From Malacoraja senta (taxonomy: Eukaryota): a stretch of DNA of 64,000 nucleotides. Position numbers and translations under genes: made by a program. The stretch spans positions 23,314,001 through 23,378,000 of the forward strand of contig CM075988.1 in the NCBI GenBank assembly GCA_038087875.1, read 5' to 3'. The notes under the pieces are model-generated. The model had not been told where the DNA came from and ran no database searches. It worked only from the letters and a program-made list of their open reading frames with translations. Of the stretch, positions 1-11,475 are shown piece after piece; within the stretch, counting starts at the first letter, position 1; the number at the start of each line of letters is the position of its first letter.

Positions 1-2513
1 AAAGGGAAGGATTGGAATAAGAGAGAAAGGGAAATAAGATTAACAATGTAAAATTTGTACGTTTTGAAATCACTATCAAGTTACAGCATGAGAATGAACG
101 TATTTGTCTTGGATGGAGAGATTGACTGGCATTGAGTTAATATTGATCAGATTGTTAAAGAGACATTTATGTCCATTAAATAAGTTCCTGCACGGAGTTT
201 AATGGGCAATTAACATGTAAATCCAGCAAGTTCATTAAATAATGGTGAAACTGAGTTTGAGCTGCAGTTTGTTAAAACCAAATGACATAGTGTGGAAAGC
301 TGCTGGAAGGACTCAGCAGGTCAAGCAGCATCTCTGGAGGTAAAGGGATGGCCAAATGATGGATAGGTGCAGGTTGATCAGCAAGTTCTCAAGATTCTCA
401 ACTCACTCCCCATCTACTGATTCTACACATTTACGTTAAGAACAATACATATTTTGTTTCTTTTGCCAAAGTTTTTCTTTTGTTTCTTTAGTTTATTGAC
501 GTCTCCTTGTAGTTTAAACTGCTTATGGAATAAGCAAACTCTATATTAATGAATTAAAACCAGTCAGTGCCAGAAATACTCAGCAAGTCAGGAGCTGAAC
601 AGGGGAAATGTACAGAATAAACGTCTCGCGTTAATAATTCTTCATCAGAGCTGGAGAAGTGAAGAAAACATTTGTTGCAAGTTGCATGGGGGAGTAGTTG
701 CATGCCGTACACACGGCAAAAACATGAACTCTTTTTTTTCTTACAACAGATGCAGCCTAACCTGTTGAGTATTTCAAGCATTTTGTTTTATGTCAGATTT
801 TCAACACATACAGGCTTTTGATTTATGTAACTGTAGCTTTCTGCCCTCTCATTGATAAATACAATGACAAAAATAAACCTTTTGCCCTTTCAATGGCTAT
901 AACATTGGATAGCACCAGTCACATCTTGCATTTGATTCCTACTCTACTCCCTGCCCTTTCAACAATCTCCTAACTAGGCTAATAATCTGCCCGTAATTCC
1001 AGATCACAAGGACTTTGTTGGGTGACTTCCCGAAGTACATGTAAATAACACTCAACGCCATCACCTGTCAACTGAGTCAGTTTCTTCACAAAATTCAATG
1101 TGGTTTGTCAGAAGTAGACAGACAGGCCTTTTCATATCCATACTGGTTCTCTCATCAGCTGAAACTTCTCCAAAATGCCTTAAACACTGGGTGTCATCGT
1201 CATTGCAATGAAGGAGTAATGAAATTGAGCTTCTCCCCAGGTTTTTTTGTCTTTCATTTGTAAAAACTTCTACCCTGAATTGAACCGTGTTTAACTTTTA
1301 GTTTAATTTTTAGTTGAGAGGTACAGCGCGGAAGCAGGCCCTTTGGCCAACTGAGTCCATGCCGTCCAGAGATCCTCGCACTCCAGCGTTATTCTACACA
1401 CACTAGGGGCAATTTACAATTATACCAAGCCAATTAAACTACAAACCTGTACGTCTTTGGAATGTGGGAGGAAACCGGAGATCACGGTGAAAACCGGCAC
1501 AGGTCAGGGGGAGAACGCACAAACTAAGTACAGACAAGCACCCGTAGTCAGGATCAAACCGGGGTCTCTGGCGCTGTAAGGCAGCAACTCTACCGCGCCG
1601 CCAGTGTTGGGAATTTAGTGTTTAACCTGTACCTTGAATCGTGTTTTCATGTGGGGCCCAGTTGCCATCTTAATTACAGCTCAGATGGGAACCGACACAA
1701 AGAACATATCATAGAGCAGTGGGTCAGTTAACTCAGTTTATTCAAGACCTGAACAGTACACACTGGGAAAAACTCTGAAAGAACCCAAAGTGTTTTAAAG
1801 ATTCACAGCCTCTTATATTCTATGTTTCAGTGGTTACATAGATATTACATTCTTGAAATAATTAATCAAGGAGTGCAATAAATAAGCCTTACCTCAGGAT
1901 TAGTTTTATTGGTCTTAGCCTGGTTTACAACCTCCAATGTTTATTTTAAATTCAGCTAGCTCTGCCTTGGAAGCGAAACATATAATAAATCTATTTATTG
2001 CCTCTCCTAGCATCCTTAAATTTCCTTCACTATGTTGGCCTCTTTTCTATTCATGCTGTTCCAGAAAGTGAGCTCTTGGAGCAGATTACAAACTGCCAGA
2101 GAAAAGATCAGAGGTGATGCTGCCATACCATTCTTGGTGATGGGCATTGAAGACTGCATTTCCTGGAATCACGTGGAAGAAATGAATATCAGAAATGTAT
2201 CAATCACAATGCCATGTTCAAAGTCGGGTGCTTACAATAAGCTGAAGGGTCTCGACACAAAATGTCACCTCTTCCTTTTTCCAGAGATGCTCCTGACCTG
2301 CTGAGTTACTCCAGCTTATTAGGTCTGTCTTTGGTTTAAACCAGCATCTGCAGTTACTCACTCCACATAAATTAGGCTGTGTTAGCAGTGTGTGAGAGCA
2401 TTATCTTGATGCCAAAGCTAAAGCGACAGACTGAAGCATATAATAGCTGTCTTACATTGCATTATGTCAAATGATGTTACAAGGACAAAATTAATCAATA
2501 ATGAAAAATACAA

Positions 2514-2519
2514 TTTATT
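2514..2519 (-). terminator. Candidate polyadenylation signal for RNF26 (AATAAA on minus)
   Basis: TTTATT on plus, preceded on the minus strand by U-rich sequence with several UGUA motifs. Other candidates exist (ATTAAA near 5835 and 5986, AATAAA near 2876). Confidence 0.3.
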
Positions 2520-5496
2520 TTTCAAACAATTACATATACAGTTCACTGAATTAAACATAGTGCAGCACAGTGAAGCTGATTTTAACACAGCAGCTATCAG
2601 TTACAGATCAAATAATACAAACAATGTTTATGGCTTATACAAAAATACAACATAAATTAGCTTAAAAAAGACGATCAACAAACCTATAAAACAAAAGGTT
2701 CTTTTTCCATGCACCAATTGATCTCTGCTGCTCAGTAACCTCCACTGCCATGTTCCAGTCAACCTAATGAAACAAGTACAGCAACTAAACACAGGAAAGG
2801 AATATCACAATGGATACTGCCCTCCTCTTGCTGTGTTGAAAATCTTTGACCAAATGAACATCTCTGTTAACTCGCTTTATTAAAAAAAAATATTACGCTA
2901 ACTACAACTGCATTGAATTGATTAGTATGGGTGTCAGAGGTTATGGGGCGAAGGCAGGAGAATGTGATTGAGAGGGAAAAATAGATCAGCTATGATTGAA
3001 TGGCAGAGTAGACTTGATTGGCAAAATGGCCTAATTCTGCTCCTAGAACATAAAATAACCTGCTCTGAGAACGCAATAGCTCTTTTGGTGAATTTACCGT
3101 CCAATATAAAAGTCACTCAACTTACAAAGAAAAAAATCCCCTAAACTAAAGATTCATTTAATTGCTAGGAAAAGTGTGTTTTAGAAGCATGATCACTCTT
3201 TTCGCCCCGTGTTCATATATATCCACTTTCAGTAGGAACGACTGGATAATATCAAAAGTAGAATTTTAGCACATGGCCCGTAATTGGCATAATTTCACCC
3301 CATTACTGAAAACCTTCAGTCAGCATGGCTTGTTTCCTGGCTTAGCTTCTTCACCCGAGAAGTCATCTTTGGAGCACAGGTGGGGAAAAGTTATACTGAC
3401 TGCCTTTAATGCCTAAACAAGGGTCAGGACATGCAAGTTATTTTATATCAGTGGGCCACAAGTACCTTGAGGATGTCTTGCTTACCAGTTACGCTGTAAG
3501 TAGCTACACTCCCTAAGCACCAAGGAAAATAGCATAAAGCCTACAAACTGCAATAATTCCAATTCTCTGCTTCTAAAACTGATTTAAATTCATGGTAAGC
3601 GTGGGCAGAATATGGGCTCAATTCCACAGATCAATTTTTAATGGGGGGGCTAGGAAGAGCTCAATATGAGGACCGCACGCCCAGCCAAACTGAATATATC
3701 TGGGTGATAAATAATGAACTAACATTGCTCCTAACTCCTGACCAGATACATTGCTGTCGTGAGTAGGAGCAGAATTATGGCCATAAAGACAAAGACGATC
3801 TCAGCACCCCCTGGTTAGCAGTGATTTCATTGCATTTCAGTGAAAGGGGGGGGGGGGGGGGGTCTAAATCTCACCACAATCGGTGAGATATGAGGGCTGG
3901 AGAGACAGAAGAACTGCTTCTGCCCTTGTGGCGTGGAGAAGTAAAGGGCGGCACAATGGTGCAGCTAGTATTACTACTAACAGACCCTCCGACCCAATGC
4001 CTACGGCCCTGACCTCTGATTTGTGTCAGGTTTGCACAGGCTCCCTGTTAGTGCATGGGATTCCTCAGTTCTGGTTTCCTTCGAAAGATGTGTGGTTGGC
4101 AGGTCAATTGCCCAATCCAAATTACTCCTAGTGTGTACGTGAGTAGTAGAAAAATAGTTGATGGAAATGTGGAGAGAATAGGTTACAGCAAAGATTATAA
4201 GGGTAGAGGGTTGAGAATGCGATTGCTGCAAGAACTGGCATAGACTCAATGGGCCAAAGTGCCCTCTATGTTGCAAGGATAAATGAAATATGTAAGATAA
4301 AACATAATGGGTTCCTTGGTGCCTTTCAGGTCTTTGTTTCAGATGCTAGAGAGAGCTTGAAACAAGCAGTGGACCATCATTCTCTTAATCATTTAATTTA
4401 TCCTGTCGTCCCCTCTAATTTCCTTTGTCCTTTCTTCTTATTAATCTTAACATTTGTTTCTTTCCCCCATGGCTCCAATTAAAGATCATTGACGAAGCAT
4501 TAACTGTGTTTTTTCCTCTTCATAAAAGCTGCTGGATATTTTCATTTGAACAATTAACTCCTTACTGGTTTGTTGTACTCACATAGGGATGGGATTTAAA
4601 ATCAAGGGCCAAGAACCAGAATAGAATCACTCATTCTAAGTGAATTGTGTGCTTCTGTCTCTTCTCCCTAATCACTGCTGTGCCCACAACTTTCAACAGC
4701 ATTTTCAAATTCCATAATCAGAGAAAACCAAACCTAATGCATGGTTTTTGACAGGATAGATCCACTCAATCATTTCCAATCCCAACTATACTGCAAAGAT
4801 GGGTCCCAAGCAAAACCACGTAAAAAAAACCTTGATCATCATTTGCAGTCAAAGATCTCCAAAAGTAGATGCCAGAATGTTGATTGTAGCTTACTTGGCC
4901 TGCCATCCACCAGACAAGAAAGCAATTATTTAAACTATTTTGGGTGTCATTCTGGAATAGACACTGTTATGCTGCCATAAACAACATTTGCTGCTATTTA
5001 AGTTGCAGCAGATGAAAGATGTTGCTTTGACGTCTCAGGATGGTCATACTTATGCATCAGAAAGCACGCATTACAGCCAATTTCTGCAATGATAAACATT
5101 TGATTCTTGAAGAAAACATAAATTGTTATTAATTTAACAAATGTATTTACCAGTTAATGTAATACATGTCGGCATCAATGCCCCAGGAACAATTCTGTCA
5201 CAAGTTTCCATTCCAAGACAAAGAAATTTTTTCAAATAAAATACAAATGGGTCACAAATGAAGTAATTCGTGGTTACTAAATCCATAAGCAGTGCCTCAA
5301 ATATGTATAGTAAAGACATCACTTGTTCTTTGGTGAGTAGCGATTTTAAAAAAAAGAGCAGACAAATAAAATTCTCCTTTAAACCCAACTGATCAGTAAT
5401 GCAGACTTGCTTAAGAATTGTTAAGAGAAGTTGCAAGATGGAGCTTGGTAACTTAACAGAAACAAACATATTTCACATGGTACCTGATCTACTCAA

Positions 5497-5546
5497 TGGA
5501 CCCATTGTCTCCAAATTGGACCCATTGTCTCCAAATTGGACCCATT
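5497..5546. repeat. 20-bp tandem duplication (2.5 copies) downstream of the RNF26 stop
   Basis: TGGACCCATTGTCTCCAAAT x2 plus TGGACCCATT. Confidence 0.9.
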
Positions 5547-6173
5547 CTCTCAGTTGGTTTTGTGAAGCTAAACTTAAATCACCAGGTTAAAAAAAACATG
5601 CTGCTTTGATAGTGGGACAGCATTAAAACAAAACGGACATGAAATGCCTAAAGTTTAAAAAATGTGTCAAATACAATCCAAATGTCTGCAATCTCAAAAT
5701 GATTCACATTGAAAACAAAATTACAAAGAGAGTGTACTATACAGAATTATTGAGGCCTTACCTTGTTCAGCTAACTTTTGACAAAAATAAAATCTCACAT
5801 AAGTTCCAACCTGTTAAAATTGGTTAACTCTTTTTTTAATCCCAACTAATAGACAAATAAAATAAACGGCTCACATCTTTGTAGGTGGTTAAGCTAGTAA
5901 ACAAATTAAGGAAAGTAGTCAGTCTTGTTCCTATTGGCTCGTAATAGGTAATTCTTAATGTAACATTCCTTTACAGCCGTGCTTGGTTTAATCATGGATG
6001 AAAAACGTACATCAGTATTATGTCATCTATGGCTCAGGATTTGCATAGAAATTTGAATCTGAGATTGCCTTACACTCCAATGATTGGACCAATGAAATAT
6101 TATGCTGTGTTTAAAAAAAATATCTGCCACTCACAACAGCCTTACCAGTGTCCAAGCTTTTTCAAACAGTTGA

Positions 6174-7556
6174 TCAGAAATACACATCCAGTGTTTGTAA
6201 AATCATTTGTCTGCAAAGTGGGCAATTGCGTTGGTAGATATGCTGTTGCATGAGGATACCCGTGCAGCCTTGACAGAGACACAGGTGTCTACATGGGAGC
6301 AGTAACACAGACTTTGCTTGGTCCTGACAGATGACACATTTCTTTCGTTCTTCTTGCTCCTTCAAGAGCTTCCAGAGTTCATTTTCCACAGGGACATTGC
6401 CATTTTTGTCCTTGGTGCCTGCTGTTCTCAAAGGAGCATCTCCGGTTTCTCCAGGTAGAGAGTTCTGGTCCACAGTCAGCTGCTGCTGCCCCCTGGTAGT
6501 GTTGTTATCTCCTTGAACTGAGTTGAAATCTGTTTGTTCCAGCTGATTAACTAGTTGCTGATGTACAGCTGTTTGATCTTCCACGTTCCTTTCAGGATAA
6601 ACCTGAATCCGCCTTATTTGGTCAAGTGGCCAGAAGTTCACATACCCTGGGTTAAGTCTCTGCAGCTGACTGTACAATTGCCTCCTAGTCTCCGAGTTGA
6701 CCATTAACTGGACATTGGTCACCACCAGCCTACAGATATGTAGGACATCCCTTCTTACCCGGTTAAGGTTTGGAACAGTATTCAAATGGAGAGTCAGTTG
6801 GTTAATAATCCTCAATATTATCTCTGGGTTTGCATAGATTGTTGTGCTGGAGATGACGAGAAAGGTGATGGTCAGGCCGTAGAGATTAAGGAGAAACAAG
6901 TCGGCCAGGACTCTGGAGAGGGAGATGAGGACTTCGATCACAAACTGGCATGGGGTCCAGAGAAGGATAACGTTTCCAACCACACTGCTGGACAAATAGG
7001 TCAGAATTGATGCCAGAGTCTCCACGACCTTGACCAAAGGGTCGCCCAGCACCGCGGCCGCCGACAGCAGGTTCTGGGTCCCAATGAGGAACATGTTGAT
7101 GATAGTGTTGACCAGGTAGGCGGCCAGGCTGACCAGGATGCCCGCCGCGTCCCACAGCTGCTTGAGGAGGAGGTGTCCGGAGCAGAAGGTGGTGGCGAGG
7201 CCGTGTTGCAGCTCCTCGCGTCCCCGCAGGCTCAGGTAGGAGAAGAGGTGTCCCACCATCTTCATGCTCTCGGCCAGGCCGCACACCGCCCTCAGCAGGT
7301 TGCAGAGCAGGCCGATGGCGAGCTGCAGGCCGCAGTGGGCCAGCTCGGCCGCCTCCAGCACCGGCACACTCAGCAGGTTGTAGCAGAGGCCGAGCAGGGA
7401 GGCGGCGGCGCCGGGGATGGAGACGAGCAGGTGCAGCAGCCCCGACACCGCGGCCACCGCCGTCGACACCAGCCAGAAGTTGAGGTCCAGCAAAAAGCCG
7501 AGCATGTCGAGGGCCTGGCCCAGGCCGCTGAGGAGGCCGACCAGGAGGCCGGCCAT
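6174..7556 (-). CDS. RNF26: RING finger protein 26, ER-anchored E3 ubiquitin ligase, single coding exon, 460 aa
   Basis: Hydrophobic N-terminus MAGLLVGLLSGLGQALDMLGFLLDLNFWLVS and ...LAAYLVNTIINMFLIGTQNL match the RNF26 pattern. C-terminal RING is CVICQDQAKSVLLLPCRHLCLCQGC...NCPLCRQMILQTLDVYF. The ORF-track start at 7691 is a TTG; the first in-frame ATG (7556) has a strong Kozak context (GCGCCATGG). Confidence 0.95.
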   Translation of the reverse strand: MAGLLVGLLSGLGQALDMLGFLLDLNFWLVSTAVAAVSGLLHLLVSIPGAAASLLGLCYNLLSVPVLEAAELAHCGLQLAIGLLCNLLRAVCGLAESMKMVGHLFSYLSLRGREELQHGLATTFCSGHLLLKQLWDAAGILVSLAAYLVNTIINMFLIGTQNLLSAAAVLGDPLVKVVETLASILTYLSSSVVGNVILLWTPCQFVIEVLISLSRVLADLFLLNLYGLTITFLVISSTTIYANPEIILRIINQLTLHLNTVPNLNRVRRDVLHICRLVVTNVQLMVNSETRRQLYSQLQRLNPGYVNFWPLDQIRRIQVYPERNVEDQTAVHQQLVNQLEQTDFNSVQGDNNTTRGQQQLTVDQNSLPGETGDAPLRTAGTKDKNGNVPVENELWKLLKEQEERKKCVICQDQAKSVLLLPCRHLCLCQGCTGILMQQHIYQRNCPLCRQMILQTLDVYF

Positions 7557-7686
7557 GGCGCTGGGCGGAGAGCCGCAGTGAGTGGCGATGGCGACCTGGG
7601 CCCCTCTCTCTGTGTGGCCCGGCCCGGCCCCTCTCGCCGTCCCGTCCCGTCCCGTCCCGCCCCCGCCGCCGCAACCGTCAGCGCCG

Positions 7687-7772
7687 TTCAAACATCAACA
7701 GAGGCCCGGACCAGCCAATCGGCGGCGCTGGGGAGGTCGGAGCGGACAGCCCGGCCCGAGTGGGCGGGAAAA
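7687..7772 (-). promoter_or_regulatory. RNF26 core promoter motifs: CHR (TTTGAA), inverted CCAAT/NF-Y box, E2F-like site
   Basis: TTCAAA at 7687-7692 (TTTGAA on minus), AGCCAATCGG with CCAAT at 7715-7719, GGCGGGAAAA at 7763-7772, repeated at 7901-7910. Confidence 0.6.
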
Positions 7773-8185
7773 CCGGCCCACGGACAGCCCGGCTCCAGTG
7801 AAGCGGCAGCACGGAGCCGGTAGTGGACAGCCCGGCCCCGTGTGAGGAGGAGGAGGCGGCGGGAGCGGCGTCTCCCACAGCGGACAGCCCGGCCCGGGTG
7901 GGCGGGAAAACCGGCCCGTGTGAGGAGGCGGCGGTGGCGCCGGTAGTGGACAACCCGGCCCGTGTGAGGAGGAGGCGGCGGTGGCGCCGGTAGTAGACAA
8001 CCCGGCCCGTGTGAGGAGGCGGCGGTGGCGCCGGTAGTGGACAACCCGGCCCGTGTGAGGAGGCGGCGGCGGCGCCGGTAGTGGACAACCCGGCCCGTGT
8101 GAGGAGGAGGAGGCGGCTCCCACAGCGGACAGCCCGGGCCGAGTGTGGCGGGAGCCGGCACTGTAAGGTAGCCCCGGCCCGTGTA
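7740..8185. repeat. GC-rich minisatellite, ~44-47 bp unit
   Basis: Unit CCGGCCCGTGTGAGGAGGCGGCGGTGGCGCCGGTAGTGGACAAC; about four near-perfect copies at 7911-8110 varying by a GAG triplet, plus degenerate flanking copies. Confidence 0.9.
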
Positions 8186-9379
8186 CAGCAAGCAGCTCTG
8201 CTCCTCCCTGAAATACATTCACCCTCATACAAAGTTCATTGATTTCAGTGTAATTGGCAGCAACGTTACATATCGATTCGGCTGATTTTTATTATTATTA
8301 TTCTTCTTTAACTGCATTGGGAGGATAGCAACGAGAGCAGGGTCGGGTAACTCAGTGGGGATGCAAATAACTTGCTCAAGGAGGGTCCCGCCTTGTACTG
8401 TATATGATCTAACTGAATTGTATGCAAAATGAAAGAGTTTCACTACCTGGTTCAGTACCATTGAGCGATTGAGCCCAAAGATCTTTGATTGAGCCTGTCC
8501 ATGGTCTCCAGAAATGCTGCCTGACCAGCTCAGTTCCTCAGCACTAGTGTCACAATAATCGTCACTTCTGTCCCTGCCTCTACCTCTACCTCACTCACCA
8601 CATCCCATGATGAACCACTGATGTACCCGAGGTCTTCTTACCCGCTTGGACATATCGTTGGCTCATCCCAAGATTCCTTACACATGTTGCTTGCCACATC
8701 TATTCAGGGGTCCCGGCTTGAAACATCTGAGTTACTGACCCACTGAGTTACTTCAGCATTTATACCTTGGTAAACCGGCATCTGCAGTTGCTTGTTAATT
8801 GAACAACATCCAGGGAACTTTGGAGGGTGTCTAAGCCTTTCTTCTCCATCTTATCTCTTTCTCTGTCTGGTTCGCCTCCTCTCCCTCATTCTCACCTCAC
8901 ATCTGTATCTCCACCCTTCTCTTTCACATCCTTTCTCCTCTCCCATTCTCTCGCCCTTCCATTTTCCTCCTTGAACTTCACTTGCAACTGCTTTGCTGAA
9001 TATTTAGTTATTTTCTGACTTTTTTCAACAGCCATCCATCCATTCTGCTGTGTATCCCTTAATTAGTATATTCTGACTTACTAATTAAGAGATACACAGT
9101 AGGAGTTGAAGGTCTGTTGGAAAATTGGATATATTACAGATGCTGCCCGACCTGCTGAGTTTCTCCAATGGTTTGTTTATTTTTGCTCCGACATCAGCAG
9201 CCTTTACCAGATATCACTAAATCTCTGTTCATTATTTGCCTGGTGTGAAATTTTGTTTGGAAAGGCTCCTGCTCATTATTTTACAACAATAAAAGGAATT
9301 AAATAAATTCAGGTTGTTGTTTCTTCTCCGCAAACGGATTTCTAACTGGGAAGAAAATGAACACAAAACACTAGAGTTA

Positions 9380-10740
9380 AAAACGGCTGCAAGAAAAAGT
9401 CTGGGAACTACAGACCTGTGAGCTTAATATCAATGGTTGGGAAAGTTATTGCAGATTTTAAGAGTGAGGATCTAATATGAATTGGGAAAGACAAGGACTA
9501 ATTGGGGATAATCAGCATAAGTTTGTACACGGGATGTCGTGAATCATGAATTTGAGTTTTTTTGAAGCGATGCTCAAGAAGATTGACAATACAGTAGATG
9601 TTGGCCACACAGACCTTGTGCCAAGCCTTTGACAGTAGTCTGACCTGGAAGGTTAGATCACAAGGGACCCACTGAGCTACCCAACTGGATACAGAACTGA
9701 CTTGCAGGCTGGAGGCAAGGGGTGGTGGTAGGGGGTTGTTTTTCAGACTGGAGGTCCGTGACACGAGGTTTCCCAGAAGGATCAGCGCTGGGTCCACTGC
9801 TGTTATTTATTTATATTAGCGATTTGGATATGAATGTAGATGGCATGGTTAATAAGTTTGCAGATGACACTAGAATTGGTGATGAGAAGGTTATGGACAG
9901 TGAGAAGGTTATCTAAGATTGCAATGATATCTTGACCAACTGGGCTAAAAGACTGAAGAATGGTAGATTCAGCTAAATTGAGGTGTGGCATTTTGGTAAG
10001 ACAAACCAGGACAGAACTTCACAGTAAATGGTCAGGCCTTGGGGAGTGTGGTAGTACAGAGATTCCAGGGGTGCAAGTATATAGTTCCATGAAAGTTACG
10101 ACACAAGTGGACTGGGTGATGACTGATGAAGAAGGCATTTGGCATATTTGCCTTCATCAGTCAGTTCTGAGCACAGGAGTTGGGACGTCACATTACAGCA
10201 GTTTGACTTTGCTAAAGGCCACTTTGAGCGTACTGTGCACAGTTCTGGTTGTCCAGCTCTAGGAGGGATGTGGTTAAACTAGAAATAGTGTAAAAATGAT
10301 TAATGAGGACGTTTCCAAGTCCAGAGGGATTGAGTTATAAGGAGAGATCAGATGGGTTTAGGCTTTGACCTGCAGTGTAGGACACTGAGGGGTGATGTTT
10401 TAGAGGTTTATAAAATCATGAAGGACTTGAATAAAGTGAATAGTCACCATCATTTAGTCTAATACTAGAGCGCATCCGTTTAAGGTGAGAGGGGAAACAT
10501 TTGAAACAGACATGAGGGGCAATGTTTTCACACAGAAGGTGGTATGTAAATGGAACGAGCTGCCAGAGGAAGTAGAAGACATGGGTACAATTATGATATT
10601 TAATAGTCATTTGTATAGATACATGGAAGGAAGGACCTGGAGAGATATGACCCTGGTGTAGACAAGTTCAGTTAGGCAACATGGTTGGCATGGATGTTGG
10701 GCCGAAGGGCCTTTCATCTTGCTGTATACGATTATGGCTA
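9380..10740 (+). mobile_element. Old, degenerate CR1 LINE
   Basis: GNYRPVSL-like start, GSALGPLLL.IYI.DLD, KFADDTRIG, tail GGGCCGAAGGGCCT. Confidence 0.85.
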
Positions 10741-11017
10741 TGGCTGTTCAATAAGTTCATGGCTGATCAGTTACTGTTGTGTTTGATTCTTGTTACAAAC
10801 AATATATTTAACAACTGAAACTCCACAAGCTTGCTGTGTAGATGATTCCAAAGATTCAGCACCCACTGAGTGAGAGCCCTGTTCTCATCCCAGTCCTAAT
10901 CTCATATTTTGAGGCTGTGTTTTCAATACCCAGCCAGAGGAAACATCGTCCTCGCATCTACACTCCCAAGCCCTTAAAGTGTTTGCATATGTGCACCCCT
11001 CATTCTTCACCCAGAGT

Positions 11018-11045
11018 CTGAAGAAGGGTCTCGACCCGAAACGTC
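11018..11045 (+). ncRNA. Minimal hammerhead ribozyme core in a Penelope terminal repeat (representative copy)
   Basis: CTGAAGA-A-GGGTCTCGACCC-GAAA-CGTC; the insertion is flanked by the 12-bp duplication CCCTCATTCTTC. Confidence 0.55.
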
Positions 11046-11124
11046 ACCTATTCCTTCGCTCCATAGATGCTGCCTCACCCGCTGAGTTTCTCCAGCATTT
11101 TTATCAACCCTCATTCTTCTAAAG

Positions 11125-11475
11125 TCAGTTCAGTTTAGTTTAGTTTTTCAGTTCAGTTTAGTTTATTGTCACGTGTACCGAATGACAGATAAAAACTTTT
11201 GTTGCGTGCTAATTAGTCAGTGGAAAGACAATACATGATTACAATCGAGCCATTTACAGTGTATAGATACATGATAAGGGAATAAATAACATTTAGTGCA
11301 AGGTAAAGCCAGTAAAGTCTGATTAAAGATAGTCCCTGGGTCATCAATGTGGTAGATAGTAGTTCAGGACTGCTCTCTAGTTGTGGTAGGATGATTCAGT
11401 TTCCTGATAACAGCTGGAAAGAAACTATCCCTGAATCTGGAGGTGTGCGTTTCCACACTTCTATACCTTTTGCCC
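11125..11475 (-). mobile_element. Rex1-type LINE 3' end (related pieces at ~36165-36360, 56240-56485, 59205-60230, 62605-62725)
   Basis: Reverse-complement tail GTACACGTGACAATAAACTAAACTGAAC and terminal coding remnant. Confidence 0.7.

Larger units (their letters stand above)
7040..8190. promoter_or_regulatory. CpG island covering the RNF26 5' CDS, 5' UTR and promoter
   Basis: Abrupt switch to very GC- and CpG-rich sequence in an otherwise AT-rich, CpG-depleted window. Confidence 0.9.

Noticed and set aside
7557..7691. 45-aa N-terminal extension of RNF26 in the ORF track
   Set aside because: Starts at TTG inside the promoter motifs, is low-complexity, and similarity to RNF26 begins at the Kozak ATG at 7556
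7911..8110. Regular repeat array resembling CRISPR
   Set aside because: No unique spacers, no cas genes, vertebrate context; it is a minisatellite
6886..8232. Long overlapping ORFs on both strands (262, 216, 184, 177, 176 aa)
   Set aside because: Stop-poor GC-rich and minisatellite sequence; repetitive Arg/Gly/Pro peptides; at least one starts at TTG
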